Positions 29,638 to 39,722 of a DNA stretch of 64,000 nucleotides are shown piece by piece. Numbering within the stretch: the first letter of the stretch is position 1; every line of letters begins with the position of its first letter. Location of the stretch: the NCBI GenBank assembly GCA_945877135.1, contig CAMCQY010000004.1, positions 1,584 to 65,583 of the forward strand. Reading direction: 5' to 3'. The translations under genes and the position numbers were made by a program. The notes under the pieces are model-generated. The model worked only from the letters and a program-made list of their open reading frames with translations. It made no database searches and was not told the DNA's origin. The stretch comes from Candidatus Kuenenia stuttgartensis. Lineage in GTDB: Bacteria > Planctomycetota > Planctomycetia > Pirellulales > UBA1268.

Positions 29638-31335
29638 ATGAAACAGCAGGATTTCAGGCTGTCTTCGCCACAGTGGCCACTTGGTCCAGCGGGTGCGTCT
29701 GGATCGAAGGCCTTGGTTGGGGGCTTTCCATGGACCTGCGATGCGGGTGGACAGGAATCACGCGACGCTCGTGCGGACGTCGACGCTGAGGCCCCGAAAC
29801 CGGCGGGATCGGTCGCCGGTCTGCCGCGGGTATTCGAGCCGACTGCGTCAAGGGGCTCGGGAGTAGCTGGTGATCTTTCCGCGGGTGGAGGGCTTGGCGA
29901 GCGGCTCACGGAGTTCATTCGCAAGAGCCCAGCCTTCTCGGTGAGCCTCTCGCTCCACTGCCTGCTTCTGCTTCTGCTCGCGCTCTGGGTGGTGCGGGAG
30001 ATACCACTGCGAAAACTTCGACTCAGCCTGGCGTTTGGACCGGCGAGCATCCAGACGACGGAGGCCGGCATCGACATCGTGCCAACGAAGGAGCCGACGA
30101 AGGAGCCCGAGGAGGAGATGACACAGGTCGCCAAGACGGATCTGTCGCCGGTAGAGACTCCACAGTCGGCTCCGGTCGCCAACCGGGAACTGCCCGACGT
30201 CGAGGACGGGACTGATGCCGTGGACGAACCCATGGTCGCCCCCGCTGTCGGCATGCTGCTCACCGGCCGCGAGGCTGGCCGTAAGGAGGTGCTGCTGGCC
30301 GCGGCAGGTGGCAGTGAGGAGACCGAGCTCGCCGTGACGCTCGCGCTCGACTGGCTCAAGAAACAACAGAGTCAGAAGGACGGGCTCTGGAGCCTGACTG
30401 GACCATATGACGACGGCGGCTCACAGGAGAACCAGCTCGCGGCGACGTCCATGGCGCTCCTGGCCTTTCAGGGAGCCGGCAACACGCTGACTGTGGGACC
30501 GCACCGCGCGGTGGTGGCCCGCGCGTGGCGGAGCCTCCTCAAGCAGCAGCAGGAGGATGGCTCGTTTGACGTGGGCCCAGTGCCGATGCTGCATACCCTC
30601 TATTCCCACGCACAGGCCACGATGGCGCTCTGCGAACTCTACGGCATGAGCCGCGATCCGAAGCTTGCGGAGCCGGCTGCCAGGGCCGTCGCCTATTGTG
30701 TTGCGGCCCAGGGGCCCAACGGCGGATGGCGGTATGCGCCGGGCCAGGCTGGCGACATGTCGGTTACAGGCTGGTACATGATGGCGCTGAAGACCGCCGA
30801 GATGGCCGGGATAGGTGTGCCGGTGGCCACGTTCGAGGGGATCGGCGAATTCCTCGATACCGTGGCCATCGGCAACGGAGCCCGTTACGGCTACCGTCGC
30901 GACAGTGCGCTCAAACCGGCCGGCGCGGTGACGGCGGCGGTGACGGCGGAGGGGCTGCTCTGCCGTCAGTATCTCGGCTGGCCGCAGCAGGACCCTCGGC
31001 TTCTGGAGGGGTTTGAGCTGCTCATGGCGCAGAAGATTTTCGACTTCAACGGCGATAGCAAGGACGTCTACGCGTGGTACTACATCACTCAGGTCGCCCA
31101 TAACCTCGAGGGGGAGGCGTGGCAGCGGTGGAACGACCGGCTTCGCGAGGTGCTGCCGCGCGAGCAAGTGGTGAAGGGCACGCAGCGGGGCAGTTGGGAC
31201 CCATCGCTCGACAAATGGGGCACGAGCGGCGGCCGGCTGTTCGTGACAAGTTTCTGCGTCTACATGCTCGAGACGTATTACCGGCATCTGCCGCTCTACG
31301 CGGCGCAGCAGGCGGAAGCTCCGGAGGGGCGGTGA
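29638..31335 (+). CDS. Prenyltransferase/squalene-oxidase repeat (alpha-alpha toroid) protein with an N-terminal TM anchor
   Basis: TM segment SLSLHCLLLLLLALWVV and repeats such as DGLWSL, QQEDGSFD, GPNGGWRYAPGQAGDMSVTGWYMMALK and RGSWDP. The start codon is uncertain. Confidence 0.6.
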   Translation: MKQQDFRLSSPQWPLGPAGASGSKALVGGFPWTCDAGGQESRDARADVDAEAPKPAGSVAGLPRVFEPTASRGSGVAGDLSAGGGLGERLTEFIRKSPAFSVSLSLHCLLLLLLALWVVREIPLRKLRLSLAFGPASIQTTEAGIDIVPTKEPTKEPEEEMTQVAKTDLSPVETPQSAPVANRELPDVEDGTDAVDEPMVAPAVGMLLTGREAGRKEVLLAAAGGSEETELAVTLALDWLKKQQSQKDGLWSLTGPYDDGGSQENQLAATSMALLAFQGAGNTLTVGPHRAVVARAWRSLLKQQQEDGSFDVGPVPMLHTLYSHAQATMALCELYGMSRDPKLAEPAARAVAYCVAAQGPNGGWRYAPGQAGDMSVTGWYMMALKTAEMAGIGVPVATFEGIGEFLDTVAIGNGARYGYRRDSALKPAGAVTAAVTAEGLLCRQYLGWPQQDPRLLEGFELLMAQKIFDFNGDSKDVYAWYYITQVAHNLEGEAWQRWNDRLREVLPREQVVKGTQRGSWDPSLDKWGTSGGRLFVTSFCVYMLETYYRHLPLYAAQQAEAPEGR

Positions 31336-31336
31336 C

Positions 31337-31816
31337 TCAGACGCTGCCGCCCCACTGACGGATCGCCTCGTAGGCGACGATCGCGGCGCAGTTGGAGAGA
31401 TTGAGGCTCCGCACCTGCGGCCGGGCTGGGATCGCGAGCATGCGGTCGGCGTGGGCGGCCTGAAGCGACTCTGGTAGGCCCCGCGACTCGCTGCCAAACA
31501 CGAGCACGTCGCCCCGCTGGTAGGCCACCTCGGTGTAGCTCCGCGTGGCCTGCGTCTCGAAGAGCCAGGTCGGCTGGCGGCCCACCGCGGCAAGCGCCGC
31601 CAACAGGTGGTCCCAGGAGTCGACCACCTCCCACTCGAGGTTGTCCCAATAGTCGAGACCCGCACGGCGAAGGTAGTAGTCGTCGAGCTTGAAGCCGATC
31701 GGCTTCACCAGCCACATCTTGGCGCCGATGGCCACGCAGGTCCGCCCCACGTTGCCGGCGTTGGGTGGAATCTCGGGCTCGTGAAGGACGATATGGAGAG
31801 TGGGGTCGTAGCGCAT
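31337..31816 (-). CDS. trmL: tRNA (cytidine/uridine-2'-O-)-methyltransferase TrmL (SpoU family)
   Basis: The sequence HIVLHEPEIPPNAGNVGRTCVAIGAKMWLVKPIGFKLDD..LRRAGLDYW and the 159-aa length are typical of TrmL. Confidence 0.85.
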   Translation of the reverse strand: MRYDPTLHIVLHEPEIPPNAGNVGRTCVAIGAKMWLVKPIGFKLDDYYLRRAGLDYWDNLEWEVVDSWDHLLAALAAVGRQPTWLFETQATRSYTEVAYQRGDVLVFGSESRGLPESLQAAHADRMLAIPARPQVRSLNLSNCAAIVAYEAIRQWGGSV

Positions 31817-31920
31817 GAGGGGCCGGAAGGGCGGGTTCGCCGCGGGACGGGCGTCTGCTATGGTTTAGAGTGTCGGAACGTGGGAAACCAGCCGGAAACA
31901 GTGTCGCCTGAGAGGTTGTC

Positions 31921-33060
31921 GTGGTCGAGCTAAAGCGAAATCCAACGCGCGCCGTGCGGATCGGGAGCATCACGATCGGTGCCGGCCATCCCATCGCCGC
32001 CCAGAGCATGACGGCAACGCACACGACAGACGTGGCGGCAACGGTCGCACAGGCCAACGCCCTGCATGCCGCCGGGGCCGGCGTCGTGCGGATCGCCGTC
32101 GATAGCAGGTCGGACGCCGCGGCCCTGCCCGCCATTCGGGCCGGCACACAGGCCAACCTCGCCATCGACCTCCAGGAAAACTACCGCCTCGCCGTCGACG
32201 TGGCCCCGCATGTCGACAAGCTGCGATACAACCCCGGCCATCTCTACCACCACGAGCCGACGAAGCCCTGGCAGGACAAGGTGCGGTTCATCGCCGACGT
32301 GGCCGCCAAGAACGATTGTGCCATGCGGGTGGGCGTGAACTGCGGCAGCGTCGACCCCGCCAAGAAGGAGAAGTTCGCCGAGGACGATTCGATCGGGCCA
32401 ATGCTGGCCAGCGCTCTGGAGCACTGCGAACTGCTCGACTCGATCGGCTTCACGCGGTATGCCGTCTCGCTCAAGGACTCCGACCCCAAAAAGGTGATCG
32501 AGGTGAACCGGCGGTTTGCAGAGGTCCGGCCCGATGTGCCGCTGCACCTCGGCGTGACCGAGGCGGGCATGCCGCCCGACGGCATCATCAAGACGCGGAT
32601 CGCCTTCGAACAGCTGATCAGCCGCGGCATCGGCGACACTGTTCGCGTGTCGCTCACGGTGCCCAACGCCGACAAGCCCGAGGAGATCGCCGCCGCGCAG
32701 GCTATTTTGAGCGACATCGCGGCGGGGAGAGTGCGGAGCGTCGTTGACTACGGCCTCAGCTCCCTCAACATCATCAGCTGCCCGAGCTGCTCCCGCGTGG
32801 AGAACGAGGCCTTTATCGAGCTGGCCAAGCAGGTCAAGGAGATGACGGCCTACGCGAAGGATCATGCCATCACGATTGCCGTGATGGGCTGCCGTGTGAA
32901 CGGCCCCGGCGAGACTGACGACGCCGATCTCGGTCTCTGGTGCGGTCCGACCCATGTGAACCTCAAGAAGCGTTCGGCCGAACTTGGTGCCTTCCCCTAC
33001 GATGCGATCCTGCCGAAGCTCCGCGAGGAACTCGACAAGCTGATCGGCGGGCAGGCCTGA
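31921..33060 (+). CDS. ispG: 4-hydroxy-3-methylbut-2-en-1-yl diphosphate synthase (flavodoxin)
   Basis: Has [31 protein letters not shown], and the Fe-S cysteines ISCPSCSR...[10 protein letters not shown]. Confidence 0.9.
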   Translation: MVELKRNPTRAVRIGSITIGAGHPIAAQSMTATHTTDVAATVAQANALHAAGAGVVRIAVDSRSDAAALPAIRAGTQANLAIDLQENYRLAVDVAPHVDKLRYNPGHLYHHEPTKPWQDKVRFIADVAAKNDCAMRVGVNCGSVDPAKKEKFAEDDSIGPMLASALEHCELLDSIGFTRYAVSLKDSDPKKVIEVNRRFAEVRPDVPLHLGVTEAGMPPDGIIKTRIAFEQLISRGIGDTVRVSLTVPNADKPEEIAAAQAILSDIAAGRVRSVVDYGLSSLNIISCPSCSRVENEAFIELAKQVKEMTAYAKDHAITIAVMGCRVNGPGETDDADLGLWCGPTHVNLKKRSAELGAFPYDAILPKLREELDKLIGGQA

Positions 33061-33061
33061 T

Positions 33062-34525
33062 ATGACGCACCCTTCATCCCTGCCGATCGTCGATTCGGCC
33101 GCCGGCGGCGATGCCTGCGGCAGCGGCACGGCCGTGATGGCGGCCGCCCTGCCGGTCGATCCGGCCACCTGCCGCGGCACGTTTTCGATGGTCAGCCTCG
33201 GCTGCCCGAAGAACCTCGTCGATAGCGAGCGGATGCTCGGCCTGCTTCGTGAAGACGGCTGGCAGCTCGTCGGCGAGCCGCAGGGCTCCGACATCGTGGT
33301 CGTGAACACCTGCGCCTTCATCGACGCCTCCCGCCAGGAATCGTATGCCGCGATCAACGAGATGCTCGACCTGAAGCGATCTGGCGGCACGCGGGGCGTG
33401 ATCGTGGCCGGCTGCCTGGCCGAGCGTCAGAAGGAGTCGCTGCTCACCGAACTGCCGGGGGTCGATGCCGTGATCGGCGTCTTCTCGCGGGACGAGATCG
33501 CCCGCGCGGCCGAACGGCTCATCGGCGGCCTCGGCGACCAGCGGAGCATCTTTCGCCCCGCGCCCGCCCGCGCCCTCGACGACTCGGGCCGCATGCGGGT
33601 CACGCCTCGGCACATGGCCTACCTCAAGATCTCGGAGGGCTGCGACCGGACCTGCACCTTCTGCGCGATTCCCAAGATGCGGGGCAAGCACGCCACCAAG
33701 CCGATCGAGGAGGTGATTCGCGAGGCCCGTGAACTCGCCGCCGACGGCGTGAAGGAACTGGTGGTCGTAGCCCAGGACACGACCTACTACGGCATGGATC
33801 TCTACGGCGAGCCCCGACTCGTGGAACTGCTCGAAGAACTCGAGAAGGTTGACGGGATCCAGTGGATCCGGCTGATGTATCTCTACCCGATCCACTTCAC
33901 CGATCGGCTGATCGACAAGATCGCCACCAGCTCGAAGATCATCCCCTACCTCGACATGCCGCTGCAGCACGCCAGCGACCCGGTGCTCAAGCGGATGCAA
34001 CGGCGTGTGGCGCGAGGGCCGACGGAGGAACTGCTCGCGAAACTGCGGAGCCGAATCCCCGGCCTCGTGCTGCGGACGACGTTCATCACCGGCTTCCCCG
34101 GCGAGACCCGCGAACAGTTCGAGGAGATGGTCGCCTTCGCGAAGCAGTGGAAGTTCGAGCGGGTGGGTGTGTTCACCTATTCGCTCGAGCCCGACACGCC
34201 GGCGGCGCGGCTCGACGGTCACATGCCCGACGAGGAGAAATCGGCGCGGCGAGATGAGCTGATGGAGGTGCAGCAGGCGATCGCGCATGAGCACACGCGG
34301 CGGCAGATCGGCAAGACGCTCGACGTGATCATCGACCGGCAGAGCGAGGAGCGGGAGGACGTTTGGATCGGACGGACACAGGCCGACGCGCCCGACATCG
34401 ACTGCGTGGTCTACGTGACCGCCCCGGGGAGTTCGGCTGCACGGCCACTCACGGGCCGGATCCTGCCGGTGGAGATCGTGGCGTCGAGCGGCTACGACCT
34501 CGCGGGCGTGCCCGGTGAGGGCTAA
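33062..34525 (+). CDS. rimO: Ribosomal protein S12 methylthiotransferase RimO
   Basis: Has VSLGCPKNLVDSERMLG, the radical-SAM motif CDRTCTFCAIP, and a C-terminal TRAM-like segment. It starts 1 nt after the ispG stop. Confidence 0.85.
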   Translation: MTHPSSLPIVDSAAGGDACGSGTAVMAAALPVDPATCRGTFSMVSLGCPKNLVDSERMLGLLREDGWQLVGEPQGSDIVVVNTCAFIDASRQESYAAINEMLDLKRSGGTRGVIVAGCLAERQKESLLTELPGVDAVIGVFSRDEIARAAERLIGGLGDQRSIFRPAPARALDDSGRMRVTPRHMAYLKISEGCDRTCTFCAIPKMRGKHATKPIEEVIREARELAADGVKELVVVAQDTTYYGMDLYGEPRLVELLEELEKVDGIQWIRLMYLYPIHFTDRLIDKIATSSKIIPYLDMPLQHASDPVLKRMQRRVARGPTEELLAKLRSRIPGLVLRTTFITGFPGETREQFEEMVAFAKQWKFERVGVFTYSLEPDTPAARLDGHMPDEEKSARRDELMEVQQAIAHEHTRRQIGKTLDVIIDRQSEEREDVWIGRTQADAPDIDCVVYVTAPGSSAARPLTGRILPVEIVASSGYDLAGVPGEG

Positions 34526-34554
34526 AAAAGGGGATGCAGTCAGCAGTGTTCGGC

Positions 34555-34640
34555 GCATACGGATTCCCTCGCTCGCGCGTCGGGCTTGCATGGGAAACCC
34601 TCTCCATCCAAGCCCGCAGCGCAAGCAAGGGAATACGGGA
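34555..34640. repeat. REP-like palindromic element (two inverted modules)
   Basis: GGATTCCCTCGCTCGCGCGTCGGGCTTGC (34561-34589) and CCAAGCCCGCAGCGCAAGCAAGGGAATAC (34608-34636) are imperfect reverse complements. Related modules are at 46545-46573, 60269-60297, 63916-63943 and 63977-64000. Confidence 0.7.
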
Positions 34641-34671
34641 CGTGTCGAACGCCACTTCGACGTAACGTATC

Positions 34672-35286
34672 GTGACCATGCAGCACCCTGATTCCTTGAA
34701 CCGTGTCTGGACCGTGCCGAACATGCTGTCGGCGGCGCGGCTCATCCTCGCGATCGTGCTGTTTGGCGTGATCGAACAGGAACGGTATGCCGCGGCGACG
34801 GTGCTCTTTCTGATCGCGGCCTCCACCGACTGGGTCGATGGCTGGTGGGCGCGGCGGTTTCACCAGGTGAGCCGGCTGGGGAGAATCTTCGATCCGCTCG
34901 TTGACAAGGTGATCGTCTGCGGCGGGTTTATTCTGCTGGCGGCCCGGGGCGGCGGGTCGGCGATCCTGCCGTGGATGGCGGTGGTGGTCGTCGTCAGGGA
35001 ACTGGTGGTGACCGCCGTCCGCGCGGAGATGGAACGCACCGGGCATGACTTCTCGGCGGCCTTCTCCGGCAAGCTGAAGATGGTGCTGCAGTGCGCCGCG
35101 ATCGCGCTTGAGCTTGTGGCGCGGGCCGCGCCTGAGTGGTCGTTTGGCGGCATGGGCGTGCGAACACTCGCCGTCGGGGCGGCCTGGGCGGCGGTGGCCT
35201 CGACGGTCTGGTCGGGCGTGGAATACCTGGTGGCCGCCCGGGGCATGCTCACGAAAGCGGAGCCCGGAGATGGAGATCGAGGCTGA
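34672..35286 (+). CDS. pgsA: CDP-diacylglycerol--glycerol-3-phosphate 3-phosphatidyltransferase
   Basis: CDP-alcohol phosphatidyltransferase motif DWVDGWWARRFHQVSRLGRIFDPLVDK. GTG start at 34672, with an alternative ATG at 34678. Confidence 0.85.
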   Translation: MTMQHPDSLNRVWTVPNMLSAARLILAIVLFGVIEQERYAAATVLFLIAASTDWVDGWWARRFHQVSRLGRIFDPLVDKVIVCGGFILLAARGGGSAILPWMAVVVVVRELVVTAVRAEMERTGHDFSAAFSGKLKMVLQCAAIALELVARAAPEWSFGGMGVRTLAVGAAWAAVASTVWSGVEYLVAARGMLTKAEPGDGDRG

Positions 35287-36155
35287 TGCAGATCGAGATT
35301 CCTGACGTGGCTCCCGGAGCGTCCTCCGATCAGGAGACGATGGCCACGCTCGTGCTGGCCGCCTGCGGGTTTGCGATCAGCCTGGCCGTGGCGTGGCTGA
35401 TCGCCCAGCGGGCCCGGCACGGGCTGCCGGCAGTGGACAGGAGGCCGCAAGGGCCGGTGCCGTGGAATGGTGCCGACGTCGCGGCCGCTGTGCTGTCGTT
35501 TCTCGGGTTTCAGGTGCTCGCGGCGGAGTGTATGCCGGCCGAGGCGTCGTTGCAGCTGAGACTGGCCGCCGGCAGCACCGCCATGCTCGCTGCCACGGCT
35601 GTGACCGCAGCACACCTGCGACTACGGGGCGCGGGGTGGCCGACGCTCGGGTTCGGCCTGGGACACCTCCGCGACGATGCGTGGCTGGCGATCGCCGGCC
35701 TGGGGCTCCTGCTCGCACCACTCTTGGCCCTGGCCGCGGTGCTCGACCGGTTTGTTCCCTATCGCCACGCGATCGTCGATTTTCTCAATGCCCATCGTGA
35801 TCCGCTTTCAATCGGTTTGGTCGTCTTCGCGGCCGTGGTCGCCGCCCCCGTCACCGAGGAGTTTTTGTTCCGACGGGTTCTGCAGGGGTGGCTCGAGCGG
35901 TCGTTTGAGCGAGAGGGGCCGAGGTGGGGTGGGGTGACGGCCATCGTGCTCTCGTCGCTGGCCTTCGCAGCGGCCCACGTGGGGCAGGGGATAGCCTGGG
36001 TGCCGCTCTTTTTCTTTGGTCTGGTCGTCGGCTACCTGGCCAAGCAGACCGGATCAATCGTGCCTGGGATCATCCTGCACGGCCTGTTCAATGGTTTCAG
36101 CGTGGCGATGGTGCTCATGCAGGTGGGGGCTCCCGAGATGGCCGGAGGCGGCTGA
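35286..36155 (+). CDS. CPBP family intramembrane glutamic endopeptidase (CAAX protease-like)
   Basis: Has VTEEFLFRRVLQGWL (EExxxR) and FAAAHV with downstream LHGLFN. The ATG overlaps the pgsA stop (TGATG). Confidence 0.75.
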   Translation: MQIEIPDVAPGASSDQETMATLVLAACGFAISLAVAWLIAQRARHGLPAVDRRPQGPVPWNGADVAAAVLSFLGFQVLAAECMPAEASLQLRLAAGSTAMLAATAVTAAHLRLRGAGWPTLGFGLGHLRDDAWLAIAGLGLLLAPLLALAAVLDRFVPYRHAIVDFLNAHRDPLSIGLVVFAAVVAAPVTEEFLFRRVLQGWLERSFEREGPRWGGVTAIVLSSLAFAAAHVGQGIAWVPLFFFGLVVGYLAKQTGSIVPGIILHGLFNGFSVAMVLMQVGAPEMAGGG

Positions 36156-36275
36156 GCGGGGGGGGGAAGGCTGAAAAGCCACCCCAGTGTGAAGGCCGGT
36201 GAATCCTGGCCGGGTCTGGAACCGATCTGGTTGAACGGGCCGGCGTTCGCGAGAATTTCGGCATGCGGTGCAGGG

Positions 36276-37241
36276 ATGCGCCGCCGAGAAGTCAGGGACG
36301 TGCTGCCGATGCCCCGTTCGCTCACCACGCAGTGTGTCGATTGGATCGCCTACGTGGCGGTTCGCGTGGCCATCTGCGTGGTGCAGTCGCTGCCGCGGAG
36401 TTCCTGTGAGCGGTTCGCCCGCGGGGCGTCCAGCTTCCTCGCCAACCGGGTGAAGATCCGGCGGCAGGTGGTCCGCGAGAATCTTCAGCAGGCGTTTCCC
36501 GAGTGGACCCCGGAGCAGGCCCGCGAGGCGGCTCGCGGCATGTGGGAGCACCTCCTCCTGATGGTGATCGAGATCGCTCATTCCGAGCGGGTGATTCGCA
36601 AGACCACCTGGCGGCGGCATCTGCGGATTCATGGCATGGAACGATTTCTGCGAGAACTCTGGGCCGACCGTCCGAAGGTGATCCTGTCGGGCCACTACGG
36701 CAACTTCGAGATGTCGGCCTTCGTCTTCGGCCTGTTCGGCTTTCGCATCTATTCCGTGGCCCGCGAACTCGACAACCCGCTGCTCGACCGGTTCGTGACG
36801 AAGTTTCGCGAGGCCCGCGGCCAGATCATCCTGCCCAAGAAAGGGAGCGCGCCCGACGTGGCGGTCGTGCTCGAGAACAATGGCGTGATTGGCCTGCTGG
36901 GCGATCAGGCAGCCGGGCCCAAGGGTTGCTGGGTCGAGTTCTTCGGCCGGCCGGCGAGCGTGCACAAGGCGATCGGCGTGTTCGCCCTCTCCTCCTCGGC
37001 ACCGATGCTCGTCTGCTCGGCGACGCGGCGACGCCACCTGTTCGACTACGACCTCCGGCTGGAGGGGGTGGCAGACCCGGCCGAGGGAGGCCCTGAGTCG
37101 GCCGACCTGAAGGCGATTTCGCAGTGGTATACGTCGCTGCTCGAAAAGGTGATTCGCCGCGCTCCCTCGCAATACTGGTGGGTGCACCGCCGATGGCGGG
37201 GAGGCCCTCCAAAGACTACAGTGACGCGTGCCGCCGCGTGA
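36276..37241 (+). CDS. Lysophospholipid/lipid A acyltransferase family protein (LpxL/HtrB-like)
   Basis: ILSGHYGNFEM (HX4E-type motif of the LpxL/LPLAT family) and IGLLGDQ. The start is uncertain because the ORF is open from 36189. Confidence 0.65.
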   Translation: MRRREVRDVLPMPRSLTTQCVDWIAYVAVRVAICVVQSLPRSSCERFARGASSFLANRVKIRRQVVRENLQQAFPEWTPEQAREAARGMWEHLLLMVIEIAHSERVIRKTTWRRHLRIHGMERFLRELWADRPKVILSGHYGNFEMSAFVFGLFGFRIYSVARELDNPLLDRFVTKFREARGQIILPKKGSAPDVAVVLENNGVIGLLGDQAAGPKGCWVEFFGRPASVHKAIGVFALSSSAPMLVCSATRRRHLFDYDLRLEGVADPAEGGPESADLKAISQWYTSLLEKVIRRAPSQYWWVHRRWRGGPPKTTVTRAAA

Positions 37242-37298
37242 CTCTCTCTCCCTGCCGTTTCCCCGCCTTGATCTTCGTTTGGATCGATCCTCTTTGAC

Positions 37299-37637
37299 AT
37301 GAGCGACTGGATCCTGATCGCCGACGCCACAGAATGTCCGCCCGGTGCGAGCATCGAGCGGTTGGCGGGCGGCCGTATGGTGGCGATCGCTAATGTCGAA
37401 GGCACGTTTCACGCGATCGACGGCCTCTGCCCGCATCAGGGCGGTCCACTCGGCACGGGAGCCCTCTGCGGTAAGGTCCTGACCTGCCCGTGGCATGGCT
37501 GGCAGTTCGACGTGACCACCGGCCGGCACCGTCTCAGCGCCACCATGCGGCAGACGGTGCACGAGATTCGCGAGGAGGCGGGGCGGCTCTACGTTCGGCT
37601 CGCCGGTGACGGCTCCGCAGCGGGGTCGCCCGCGTGA
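37299..37637 (+). CDS. Rieske (2Fe-2S) domain protein
   Basis: CPHQGGPL ... CPWHGWQF (CxH...CxxH), 112 aa. Confidence 0.8.
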   Translation: MSDWILIADATECPPGASIERLAGGRMVAIANVEGTFHAIDGLCPHQGGPLGTGALCGKVLTCPWHGWQFDVTTGRHRLSATMRQTVHEIREEAGRLYVRLAGDGSAAGSPA

Positions 37638-38593
37638 TCGAATTCCGCTGCTTCCGCAACGACGATCCGCCGAAGCTGGCCGACATCTGGAGGTCGGCCG
37701 ACCTGGGACCGTCGGCGATGCAGCCGATGACCTCCGCGCTGCTCGAGGCCTGTGTCTTCTCGAAACCCTATTTTGACAGGGAAGGGCTTATCGTCGCCGT
37801 TGATGACGGCCGCACCGTCGGCTTTGCCCATGCCGCCTTTGGGCCGAACGCCGATCACTCGGCCATCGACACAGCCGCCGGCACGACCCTGCTCGTAGTC
37901 GTGGTGCCCCATGCCGACCAGGAGCAGATCGGCGCCGGCCTGCTTAAGCAGTGCGAGGATTTTCTCAGGCGCCGCGGCGCGACGACGCTGCTGGGCGGCG
38001 GTTCGGCCGAGATGAGGAGCTTCTATCTCGGGCTCTACGGCGGTGCCGACCTGCCCGGCATTCTTGACTCGACGCCTGGCATGCAGGAAGTCTTCCGTCG
38101 GGCAGGATATGTCGACGCGGAGCGGATCGGCGTGCTGCGGCGGACGCTGGCCGGTTTTCGCCCCCCGGTCAACCGACTGCAGTTGGCGATCCGGAGGGCG
38201 ACGACGATGCGCGTGATTGACGAGCCGGCGCGGAGGACATGGTGGGAGGCGGCCACGACCACGGGAGTCTCGCTGCGACGCTACGAGTTGCGTGGGACTG
38301 GCGACGATCTGCTCGGCACGGCGTCGTTCTGGGACATGCAGCCGTTGGCGGCTGCGTGGGGGGTGTCGGCGGCAGGACTGATGCACGTCGGCATCGAGGG
38401 GGCCAGACGCCGACAGGGCCTTGCCCACTACCTTGTAGCCGAAGCGCTGCACGATCTGGCCCAGGAGGGGGTGACGCTAGCCGAAGCGCATGTCACGCTG
38501 GCAAACGAGCCGGCACTCCACCTCTTCACAAAGCTGGGGTTCGAGACCACCGAGTGCGGCACACTCTTTCGCAAGCGGTCAGACGAGAAATAA
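37634..38593 (+). CDS. GNAT family N-acetyltransferase (two-lobed)
   Basis: The C-terminal half contains VGIEGARRRQGLAHYLVAEAL (R/Q-x-x-G-x-A type acetyl-CoA motif). The assignment is tentative. Confidence 0.5.
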   Translation: MIEFRCFRNDDPPKLADIWRSADLGPSAMQPMTSALLEACVFSKPYFDREGLIVAVDDGRTVGFAHAAFGPNADHSAIDTAAGTTLLVVVVPHADQEQIGAGLLKQCEDFLRRRGATTLLGGGSAEMRSFYLGLYGGADLPGILDSTPGMQEVFRRAGYVDAERIGVLRRTLAGFRPPVNRLQLAIRRATTMRVIDEPARRTWWEAATTTGVSLRRYELRGTGDDLLGTASFWDMQPLAAAWGVSAAGLMHVGIEGARRRQGLAHYLVAEALHDLAQEGVTLAEAHVTLANEPALHLFTKLGFETTECGTLFRKRSDEK

Positions 38594-38754
38594 AAGCCCC
38601 CTGCGGAAGCCGGGGGACACCGGGCATGAACATCGTCCCGAGTGCGATGTGAATCCGGGCTTGCTGATCCGGGGGAAGCCCAACGAGCCGTTGTCCCCGG
38701 ACTTCCGTCCGGGGCTTTCTGTCAAACATGCCAACCACGGGCCGGGCCGGCCGG

Positions 38755-39612
38755 TCACTTCGGCGGCGGTGTGAGCGATTCGAGGTGCGCTCGGAGCGTG
38801 GCGGCGAGGTCGGTGCCGAGGCCCTCGGTGTGCCGCAGCCGCGCGGAGAGGGGGGCCGTCTGACCGTCGCGGCGGACGTCAGTGAGGTAATCCTGCAGCA
38901 GCCTGCGCCGCTGCGGCGTGGTGTTGAGCAGCCAGTGCGTCCAGCACCAGGCCTCGGCGTAGTGGTCCTGCGACAGTTCGCCCGCCGAGGCAAGGGCCTC
39001 CATCCTGTCGAGGTCGGGTCGCCATGTGCCCTCCAACAGTCGACCCGAGAGATACGCCACGTGCGCCGCGTGGACGCCATGCTCGCTGCGCGGCAACTCG
39101 AAATACTCGGCAATCCCCTCGTCGAGCCAGAGGGGAATCATCGGCACCACGGCATGCACATAGCCGTGAGTCGTCTCGTGCCGCAGGTCTTCCGCGATGC
39201 GGTCCTGCCAGACCGCGAAAACGGAGAGAGTGGTATCGGTCTCGACAAAGAAGGCCCGCCGCGATGGAAAACCAGGAAACTGGCGGGCCGCGAAGTCGTC
39301 GTATCGCTGCTTGTTCTCGAACAGGTAGAGGTGCACCGGCTCGTCGGAGATCGGCAGGCCGAGCTGCTGGCTGACATCGGCTCGGAGGCTCTCCAACTCC
39401 CGAACGATCCTGTGCTGCTCGGCCAGCGGAAAGTCGGCGTGGATCACGAGTTGACCGGCGACGATCTCCGCGCGAGATGGCAGGCCATCCGCAGCCGACC
39501 ATGGGAGCGGCACCTTGTGCAGAGCAGCCGCGTTCCAGTCCGGTGCGGCGGCCAGGTGCGCGCAACCGGCGGCTGCGGAGCAGAGGATCAAACAGACAAC
39601 AAGCGGCGTCAT
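38755..39612 (-). CDS. DUF1570 domain protein (putative secreted metallopeptidase-like lipoprotein)
   Basis: Lipoprotein-like N-terminus MTPLVVCLILCSAAAGC and the core ETTHGYVHAVVPMIPLWLDEGIAEYFE. I chose the ATG at 39612 within ORF 38755..39897. Confidence 0.6.
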   Translation of the reverse strand: MTPLVVCLILCSAAAGCAHLAAAPDWNAAALHKVPLPWSAADGLPSRAEIVAGQLVIHADFPLAEQHRIVRELESLRADVSQQLGLPISDEPVHLYLFENKQRYDDFAARQFPGFPSRRAFFVETDTTLSVFAVWQDRIAEDLRHETTHGYVHAVVPMIPLWLDEGIAEYFELPRSEHGVHAAHVAYLSGRLLEGTWRPDLDRMEALASAGELSQDHYAEAWCWTHWLLNTTPQRRRLLQDYLTDVRRDGQTAPLSARLRHTEGLGTDLAATLRAHLESLTPPPK

Positions 39613-39722
39613 CAGAGATGATGCCGGACGCGGCGTCGGCTGTGCTCGGTGGCTGTTCAAGGCGGGGATGCTAGCGGTGGCCGTCATCCCCGCCAAGGCC
39701 GGCATGGCCCGGTTTTCGTCGG

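Noticed and set aside
33074-37562. Antisense ORFs 33074..34624 - and 36054..37562 -
   Set aside because: They lie opposite well-supported rimO and the acyltransferase/Rieske genes. Part of 33074..34624 is merely a translation of the REP-like element (…RRASEGIRM…).
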